Origin: Spirochaetia bacterium
Lineage (GTDB): Bacteria > Spirochaetota > Spirochaetia > SZUA-6 > Bin103
DNA length: 64,000 nt
NCBI GenBank assembly: GCA_965199955.1
Contig: CBDATQ010000001.1
Coordinates: 352,001-416,000 of the forward strand
Reading direction: 5' to 3'
Within the stretch, counting starts at the first letter, position 1. Each line of letters starts with the position of its first letter. This document shows positions 57,234 through 64,000 of this stretch, piece after piece. A model generated the notes under the pieces. The model worked only from the letters and a program-made list of their open reading frames with translations, was not told the origin of the DNA and did not search any database. Both the position numbers and the translations under genes were made by a program.

Positions 57234-59227
57234 CCCGAAGTTCCAGGAGCGAAATTGCCTGAAGTCCTTGTGGTCAGGGTAGTTTCTCAATGGTGCAGGT
57301 TCCTGTGCATGGCTACATGCGGGGCGTGACCCCAAGCAGCTCGAAACAGCGCTGCTGAACCGGTGTCGGGTGCGTGTGCAGCGTGAACGTGCTGCCGCCC
57401 TCTGCAACCTGCATCGTGTTCGCCGTCAGCGTGCCCAGCTCAGTGATCAGCGTGCGAAAGCTGTGCACCGGCAACCCGTCCTCGGTGCGCTTGCTCGACG
57501 CCTTGGCCGCCGCGGCCGCCGATCGCTGCGCCGGAGCCACCTCGGAGACCCGCTTGCGCTCGGCGCCCTGTCGATCGTGATCGTCGAACAGCAACGGCGC
57601 CAGCGAGCGCCGCATGTGCCACTCCACGTAGTAGGCCAGCATGCACAGCAGCACGTGCGCCCGCACCCGATCGGCGCGCCGGTGGTGAATCGGGCGCACC
57701 TTCAGGTCCACGGACTTCATGCACCGAAACGCCCGCTCCACCTTCGACAGCCCCTTGTAGGCGCGCACCGTCTGCGCCGCGTCGAGCACCTGCGGCTCCA
57801 CGTTGCTGCGCACGATGTACAGCCCGTCCAGCGCCTGCTCGGCGGCGATCTTGTGCTCATCGCGCCGAAAGCTGAACGACTCGGAGGTGATCTCGGTCAC
57901 GAAGTGCTTGCCCACCTTGTAGTGATTGATCACCTTGCCGACCCGCATGCCGATCTCGGCCTCGCCCCGTAGCGGCTGATGGACGCGCTGGGTGGCCTGA
58001 GCGATCGGGGCCAGCTTCTGCTCGGTGGCCTGTAGCAGCTCCTGGCGCTTGCGCTTCCGTTCGTCGGCCAGCAACGGGTTGCGGCACACGATCAGCCGCT
58101 CGCCCGGAAACTCCTCGCTGGTGATCTCGGCCAGGTCGCGCTCGTCGAACAACGACGGCGCCACCTCGCCGGCGGCCACCAGCTTGCGGATCGTCGGCGC
58201 GCGCAGCGTGGTGATCCAGCGCAGCCCCTCCACCTCTTGCAGGTCCTCGCGGATCCTCGCCGCGCTCAGCATCCCGCGGTCGCCGACCAGCACCACCCGC
58301 GTGAGTCCGAAGCGGGTGCGGATCTTGTCCACCTGCGCGCTCACCGTCTTCGGGTCGGCGGTAGAGCCAGGGAATACCTCCACCGCCACCGGACAGCCTT
58401 CCTGGGTGCACAGCAGCCCGAACACGATCTGCAGCGTGCCCGACTTGCCGTCACGGCTGTGTCCCAACTGCGCCAGCTCGCAGTGGCTGCCCTCGAAGTA
58501 GGTCGAGCTCACGTCGTAGAGCACCAGCGTGTGCTCGCTGAGGTGCTGTTCGGCCAGGCGGTCCTCGATCGCCGCCTGGCGCCCGACCAACCAGTCCATC
58601 GCCTCGTAGAGCTCGTTCTCATCGACCTCCCCCAACCGCAGCGACTCGCCCAGGGTGGACACGGCGCTGGGCGGTGAGAGCGCGCGGGCGGTGGCCAGTT
58701 TGGACTGCGCGTCGATGACGCGGGCGGTGATCATGGCGATGATCAGCTCGCGCGAGCGGCTGGCCTTGCGGGCGATGAGGGTATGGAGTCCGAGCTGCTT
58801 GAGGATGCCCAGCACGGCGGCGACGTGGCCGTGGGGCAGCGAGCGCGTGAGCAGCAACGCATCCGAGACCGAGGCGAAGGCGTGGCCGCCCTTGAGCAGG
58901 GTGCGCAAGCCGTCGACCAGATCAGGGGGCCATTTGGAGAGGTTCGCGAGCGTGCGCTTCTTGACCTTGCCGTGCTCGCGGTAGGACTCGCGGAGCAGGA
59001 TGGCAGGGGGAGAGGAGCGGTTGGGGACAGACTCGATGTACATGACTACTGATCTGTGGCAACAGAATACACACAAGTCACGATATGTCAAGATCAAATA
59101 GCATGTATCTCGCCGCTATTCACCACCATCTACATGGACACGAAACGACGCCAATCAGCACGCAGATCACCTTGCAACTAATTTCTGTCAATGAAGTTAC
59201 GAGAGATTCACGCTCTGGAACTTCGGT
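57234..59227 (-). mobile_element. IS1634 family insertion sequence
   Basis: Terminal inverted repeats CCGAAGTTCCAG / CTGGAACTTCGG; flanking CTAA duplication at 57230-57233 and 59228-59231. Confidence 0.9.
57313..59043 (-). CDS. IS1634 family DDE transposase
   Basis: LLRESYRE.GKV, LYDVSSTYFEG, G.SRD, VGDRGM and VERAFR motifs. Confidence 0.95.
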   Translation of the reverse strand: MYIESVPNRSSPPAILLRESYREHGKVKKRTLANLSKWPPDLVDGLRTLLKGGHAFASVSDALLLTRSLPHGHVAAVLGILKQLGLHTLIARKASRSRELIIAMITARVIDAQSKLATARALSPPSAVSTLGESLRLGEVDENELYEAMDWLVGRQAAIEDRLAEQHLSEHTLVLYDVSSTYFEGSHCELAQLGHSRDGKSGTLQIVFGLLCTQEGCPVAVEVFPGSTADPKTVSAQVDKIRTRFGLTRVVLVGDRGMLSAARIREDLQEVEGLRWITTLRAPTIRKLVAAGEVAPSLFDERDLAEITSEEFPGERLIVCRNPLLADERKRKRQELLQATEQKLAPIAQATQRVHQPLRGEAEIGMRVGKVINHYKVGKHFVTEITSESFSFRRDEHKIAAEQALDGLYIVRSNVEPQVLDAAQTVRAYKGLSKVERAFRCMKSVDLKVRPIHHRRADRVRAHVLLCMLAYYVEWHMRRSLAPLLFDDHDRQGAERKRVSEVAPAQRSAAAAAKASSKRTEDGLPVHSFRTLITELGTLTANTMQVAEGGSTFTLHTHPTPVQQRCFELLGVTPRM

Positions 59228-59265
59228 CTAACATTATCGCCTGAGGAAAGGAGCGTTCCCGAACG

Positions 59266-60423
59266 ATGCCTCGCCAGACCGGTCGATACCGCATCACCAC
59301 CACCCTTGGGGAGCAGGTCCGGGCGTTCGCCCCGTATCCGCTACCCCCGGCAGATCCCCCGCTGGCGATGGATGCAGCGGCCACAAAGCTCCACGCCGAC
59401 GCGTTGGCCGCTCTCTCCCGCCTCGCGGTGGCGGGTGCGATGGTGCCGGATACCGACTGGTTCCTCTACGGGTTTGTCCGCAAGGAGGCGGTGATCACCT
59501 CGCAGATCGAGGGCACGCAGGCGACGCTGCCCGATCTCGTCACCTATGAAGCGACCGATCGCGCCGAACGCCCCGAGGATGTCGAGGAGGTCTGCAACTA
59601 CGTGGATGCTCTCGCACGCGCGCGCCGGCAGCTTGCGGACCCGAACGGGGTGCCGCTCAGCGGGCGCCTGTTGCGCGACGCGCACCGGATTCTCATGAGC
59701 GGTGCCCGCGGCGCGGACAAGCTTCCCGGCGAGCTACGCCGCTCGCAGAACTGGATCGGCGGCAGCCGGCCGGGCAACGCCCGCTTCGTCCCCCCGCCGC
59801 CCGAGGAGGTGCCGGACGCGCTGTCGACGCTGGAGCGATGGTGGCATGCCGAGTGCGACCTGCCGCCGCTGGTGCGCGCCGGCCTCGCACACGTGCAGTT
59901 CGAGACGATTCATCCGTTCCTGGACGGCAACGGACGCATCGGTCGGCTGCTGATCGCGTTGCTCATCGAGCACTGGAGGCTGCTCGACCAGCCGCTGCTC
60001 TACCTCAGCGTGGCGTTCCGGCGGGCGCAACCGGAGTACTACGCACGGCTCGGCGCCGTGCGAACCGACGGTGACTGGGAGGGCTGGAACCGGTTCTTCC
60101 TGGAGTGCGTGCGCGAGGCTGCCGACGACGGCGTGCGCGTCGCCCGCGAGCTCCACGCCATCGTCGGGCGCGACCGCCGCCGAATGATGGGCCACAGCCG
60201 ATCCACGGTCGCCGCCATCCGGTTACTGGACCGCCTGCCCTCGAATCCCGTTATGACCGTTCCCCGGGCAGCCGAGATGCTCGGGCTGACGGCCCCGCCG
60301 GCCCGCAAGGCGATCGAGCTGCTGGAGAGCCTGGGAGTGCTGCGCGAGATCAGCGGCAAGCGCCGCGGGCGCGCTTTTGCCTACCGTGAGTACCTGGAAG
60401 CCCTGATCGGTGACGACGGGTGA
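59266..60423 (+). CDS. Fic family protein
   Basis: EAV.TSQIEGTQ, HPFLDGNGRIGR and C-terminal wHTH; SD AAGGAG. Confidence 0.95.
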   Translation: MPRQTGRYRITTTLGEQVRAFAPYPLPPADPPLAMDAAATKLHADALAALSRLAVAGAMVPDTDWFLYGFVRKEAVITSQIEGTQATLPDLVTYEATDRAERPEDVEEVCNYVDALARARRQLADPNGVPLSGRLLRDAHRILMSGARGADKLPGELRRSQNWIGGSRPGNARFVPPPPEEVPDALSTLERWWHAECDLPPLVRAGLAHVQFETIHPFLDGNGRIGRLLIALLIEHWRLLDQPLLYLSVAFRRAQPEYYARLGAVRTDGDWEGWNRFFLECVREAADDGVRVARELHAIVGRDRRRMMGHSRSTVAAIRLLDRLPSNPVMTVPRAAEMLGLTAPPARKAIELLESLGVLREISGKRRGRAFAYREYLEALIGDDG

Positions 60424-60599
60424 TGCGGTGTATACGCTCACGAGTGCGCCGGTCGCTTCCCGACCCTCATTTGAACGGTGGGATGTCCACTGGCAAGCCA
60501 ACCCGCATGAAGTAGCGAGCAAGTTCCTGTCCGGTAATCCCGTTTCTGGAGATGGGAGCCCGCAGGAGCGCCTGTAGACATTGCCCAGTGTCGCACGGC

Positions 60600-60770
60600 A
60601 TGAGGGCCTATCAACGCAAGATAACCGGCGGCCGGCGCGCGGTCTCGGTGCTTCTCGAGCCGGAAATTGGGCAGGCGCTCGACCGCATGGCCGCCAAGCA
60701 CGGCGTTTCCAAGAATCAGGTCGTCAACGTGGCGCTGACGCAGCTTGCCGTCGACGACGTGTTGAAGCCT
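60600..60770 (+). pseudogene. CopG/RHH DNA-binding protein fragment
   Basis: VSVLLEPE....LDRMA...GVSKNQVV..AL, then runs into unrelated antisense remnants. Confidence 0.55.
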
Positions 60771-61345
60771 GGCGCCCGTATGCGCGCCAGTAGCGCCTCC
60801 TCGTCCAGGTCGGGCCGCGGCGGGAGCAGCACCGGCTCCACGACCCAGCGCAGCCCCGCGAGCGGTTGGCGCTCCGCCGCCTGCTCGGCGGCGATCATGG
60901 CGTCGTGGATGCGGCCGGCGAACAGCTCGCGGTTGTAGGCGATGCCGTCGTTGTACTTGCCGGCGGCCACGTTGCCGGCGCAGCCGGTGAAGTAGAGGTG
61001 CGGCACCCCGGACGCGGCGGTGCGCCGGTCGCGCGCCAGGCCCACGAACTCCGGGTTCACCACGCCGGTGCCGTCCAGGCGTCGTTGACCAGCCCGGAGT
61101 AGCCCTCGGTCCGCCAGGAACAGAACATGTGGCCGTAGTCGTTGGCGAGCGTCACGCCCGAGCGGCGCCACGCTTCCAGGTACTCGGAGCGGATCTTGGC
61201 GTCGTGCACGACGTCGATGGCCACCCGCCCCCAGAAGGGCATGGCGTTCTGTTCGACCGGCGGCAAGCGTGGGGTCGTCCAAACACGCCAGCGCCGTCGC
61301 GAACTTCGAATGGACGTGCAGCACGCAACGGGCGTCCATGATGGT
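60770..61345 (-). pseudogene. Mosaic of remnants: class II aldolase fragment, unknown fragment and ceramidase-N-like fragment
   Basis: ARCVLHVH..FATALA.L...LPP.EQN (frameshifted near 61267); YFTGCAGNV.AGKYNDG. Confidence 0.6.
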
Positions 61346-61359
61346 GGATCGCACTCGTA

Positions 61360-61632
61360 TCAGTAGTGGTAACGGGCCGCAAGGAACCTCACGCGGCCTT
61401 CGCTGACTCGATAGACCAGGCGGTGCTCCTGGTCGATGCGCCGTGACCAGGCGCCTGAAAGCTGACCGCGCAGCGGTTCCGGCTTGCCGGGTCCGCTGAA
61501 CGGGTCGCGGAGCTCGGCCTCGATCAGCTTCAGGGTGCGCAGCGCCCGCCGCCGGTCCGTGCGCACCCAGTGCTCCAGGTCTTCGAGGCAGTTCGGATCG
61601 AAGAGCGCGTCCCGACGGCCGCTATCGCTCAC
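61360..61632 (-). CDS. yoeB: Txe/YoeB family toxin
   Basis: DPF.G.GKPEPL...LSG.WSRRI..EHRLVY...RYHY. Confidence 0.93.
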   Translation of the reverse strand: MSDSGRRDALFDPNCLEDLEHWVRTDRRRALRTLKLIEAELRDPFSGPGKPEPLRGQLSGAWSRRIDQEHRLVYRVSEGRVRFLAARYHY

Positions 61633-61913
61633 GCTCCGTCGAGGTCGAGGCGTTCGCGAAGCTGCTCGATGTTCAGCGGGACACCTTCTCCGGCCGCTGC
61701 GCGGTCGCTGGCGTCCAGCAGGCGCCGGGCGTTCTTCGGCGAACGGAGCAGGTAGGCGGTCTCCATCCAGCCGGCGAGCTCGTCGGCCGCGACCAGGGCG
61801 ACCGGCTCCGCGCCGCGGCGGCGAATCACGATCGGCTCGCGGGTGTCCGTCACCTGATCCATGAGCGCCGCCAAGTGGGCCCGCGCGTTGCTGTAGGTGG
61901 TCTCGTGGGTCAT
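61629..61913 (-). CDS. yefM: YefM antitoxin
   Basis: YSNAR..LA.LMD.V and ETAYLLRSP.NA.RL motifs. Confidence 0.93.
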   Translation of the reverse strand: MTHETTYSNARAHLAALMDQVTDTREPIVIRRRGAEPVALVAADELAGWMETAYLLRSPKNARRLLDASDRAAAGEGVPLNIEQLRERLDLDGA

Positions 61914-61918
61914 CTCAG

Positions 61919-61949
61919 ATTACTTGTACAGTGATACGGTACAAGTAAT
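61919..61949. promoter_or_regulatory. YefM operator palindrome
   Basis: ATTACTTGTAC-N9-GTACAAGTAAT perfect 11-bp inverted repeat containing the TGTACA core, 5 nt from the yefM ATG. Confidence 0.85.
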
Positions 61950-62163
61950 GGGTGCGCCGATCGAGCTGGGAGCCGGGCGAGAGCGCTGCTTAGCGCGACT
62001 TACACAGCGAAGCGGGGTCAACCCGATCCGCGCGAAGCCCACGTTCCCCAGAATGACGGTCGTCTGGTTCGATCACCTGCGTTCCGAAGACGACCGCTGT
62101 CTCCGGGTCGTAGGTCAGGTCGAACTCGTAGCTGACGGCCCCCTTCGCAACTCACTGGAGAGA

Positions 62164-63960
62164 TCACGTGGGCCAGGGGAAGGCGACGGTCGGCTGATTC
62201 ACGAAGCGCTGGACGCGGAGCAGCAACCGGGCGCCGGCGCCGGGCTCCAGGCGCACGTGCAGGGCGGTGCCTCCCACCTCGGAGCGCTCGCCGTCGATGG
62301 CGACGCTGTCGATCGCGTGCTCGGCGAATGCGCCCGACTGCAGGACCAGGTTCTTCGCATGCACGGGATCCAGGTTGACGAGCTGCACGCCCACCTCGTC
62401 CGCGCTCATGTGGTCGACCAGCGAGGCGACGCCCGGCGGGATACCGGCGCGCCGGCGTTCGGCGTCGAAGTAGCGCACCGCGCAGTGCCACGGCACGCCC
62501 ACGTGGCGGGTGGGAAGGCCGCCCAGCATGAGCTGCACGAGGCCCCACACGACCGCCGGATTGATGCCGTTCGGGTCCTCGGAGAGCAGCATGTCGGCCG
62601 GGCGGGTGTCCTGCGCGCGCAGCTCCACCTTCCGGCGCACCTCTTCCAGGTCGGCCTGCAGCTTCTCCACCGGATAGCCGTCGTTCGAGCCGTCCAGGAA
62701 CCGCACCCAGGGGTCGGAGGCCACCAGCGCGTGGTCGCGCTCGCGGTCCTGGGACCAGGCGTAGACCGCCAGCGCGCCGCGGTCGAACGGTTCCGGCTGG
62801 AAGTCGTACCAGCCGTCCTGGTTGTACATGCGCGGGTAGAGCGTGACGCCGTCCTCGACCTTGCTGTTCTTGTTGACCGACGCCATGACGGTCCGCCAGA
62901 CGTCCACGTACTTTCGGTCGCCCGACACCAGCAGTGCGTTGCCGAACGCGTACGGCGTGCGGCTCTGGAAGTTGGGGCGGTGGTGCGGGATCGGCTTGCC
63001 GTCCTCGTCCAGCCCGTAGAACCCGCCGGTGTGGCCCCAGCCGTAGACGCCGCGCCACCACGCGCCGTCGCCGGCGGCGCCGCTGCCGATCTTGCCGTCC
63101 AGCCCGACGTTGCCCGGGATCAGGCCGTCGTTCTGGCAGGTGCGCTCGACCCAGGCGTCGGAGTACTCCTGGATCCACTCCCGGTACTTCGCCTCGCCGG
63201 TGGCCGCGTAGGCGTAGAACGCCATGGCGGTGGCGGCGAGGTTCAGGGGGATGTCGCCTTCGACGTCGCGATAGGTCTCGTAGTGAAACAGGTAGTCGTC
63301 GAAGTTGCGGTGGCCGCGCCCCGGCTTGAAGCGGCCCTCGATCTCGAACGGATCGCCGGCCCAGTCGACCGGCTCGACCTTGCCAAGCACCGGCCCGCGG
63401 CTGCCGTTCAGGACGCTGCGGATGATCCGGTGCTTCGGGTCGTAGTTCGGCTCGGCCGGCTCGTCGGGGTCGCCGGGCAGGTAGAAGCCGGCGAAGCGGC
63501 AGACGCGCTGCCGCCAGGTCAGGTTCCACGGTTCGCAGAGCCCCTCCTGGAACAGGCAGTGGTAGCCCTCGCCGTTGTGCACCCAGTCGAAGCTGGTCGG
63601 GAACTCCTTGTAATACATGCCGTCGGCGCCCAGCTTGGTGACGGTGGTCGTCGCTTCCGTGTACTGCCGGATGTGGCCCTCGATGCCGCGGCGGTACAGG
63701 GCCAGCACCCGCTCGGAGCCGCCCAGGGCATAGAAGTCGGTCCAGTTGGTCACGTTCTCGGCGGCGTCGTCCGGGCCGTCCAGCGCCCCCCAGCGCGCGA
63801 AGCACTTGAGGTAGCCGCGCTCGTCGAAGTAGCGGTCGTAGAACGGCGGGATCGCCGCCTCGATCGCGCGCATCAGCTCGCGCTCCAGCAGCGCCCAGTG
63901 CGGAGGCGCGGTGGGCGTGGAGATCGTCACGGCGGCGGTCGGCGGGGTTCGTGCGAGCAT
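62164..63960 (-). CDS. Conserved hypothetical protein (possible alpha/alpha-barrel enzyme plus beta domain)
   Basis: 598 aa with host-like codon usage; SD AGGAGG; motifs DGPDD..EN, DW.H.GEG and W..G.YGW. Confidence 0.7.
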   Translation of the reverse strand: MLARTPPTAAVTISTPTAPPHWALLERELMRAIEAAIPPFYDRYFDERGYLKCFARWGALDGPDDAAENVTNWTDFYALGGSERVLALYRRGIEGHIRQYTEATTTVTKLGADGMYYKEFPTSFDWVHNGEGYHCLFQEGLCEPWNLTWRQRVCRFAGFYLPGDPDEPAEPNYDPKHRIIRSVLNGSRGPVLGKVEPVDWAGDPFEIEGRFKPGRGHRNFDDYLFHYETYRDVEGDIPLNLAATAMAFYAYAATGEAKYREWIQEYSDAWVERTCQNDGLIPGNVGLDGKIGSGAAGDGAWWRGVYGWGHTGGFYGLDEDGKPIPHHRPNFQSRTPYAFGNALLVSGDRKYVDVWRTVMASVNKNSKVEDGVTLYPRMYNQDGWYDFQPEPFDRGALAVYAWSQDRERDHALVASDPWVRFLDGSNDGYPVEKLQADLEEVRRKVELRAQDTRPADMLLSEDPNGINPAVVWGLVQLMLGGLPTRHVGVPWHCAVRYFDAERRRAGIPPGVASLVDHMSADEVGVQLVNLDPVHAKNLVLQSGAFAEHAIDSVAIDGERSEVGGTALHVRLEPGAGARLLLRVQRFVNQPTVAFPWPT

Positions 63961-64000
63961 GTGGCGTCCCTCCTGAGACCTGCGGGCCTGCTGGGCGCCG

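Overview
High-GC bacterial chromosomal window (by-eye counts are about 70% GC in core genes). The ankyrin protein, many toxin-antitoxin (TA) loci and many sugar oxidoreductases suggest a host-associated symbiont, but this is inference only. Housekeeping genes are proS, hisS, leuS, hisD, ftsH, lpoB and an FMN-riboswitch-controlled rib operon with a ribE-ribB fusion. These alternate with catabolic modules (puuE-alc, uxaC-eda, cupin/Gfo/RbsD-FucU/lactonase), a MoxR-DUF58-transglutaminase-beta-propeller operon, an ABC transporter/DUF1854 pair and one complete IS1634 element. The best candidate for an undescribed system is a lower-GC, translationally coupled three-gene cassette at 8666-9986, flanked by an 11-bp inverted repeat. 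It encodes a DUF3467-like protein, an uncharacterised antitoxin-like protein and a small R-S-H ADP-ribosyltransferase-like toxin. Three window-wide signals stand out: many TA modules in which the toxin decays while the antitoxin persists, intergenic spacers made of internally deleted gene scars, and apparently pervasive leaderless mRNAs. All family assignments come from motif recognition by eye, not database searches.
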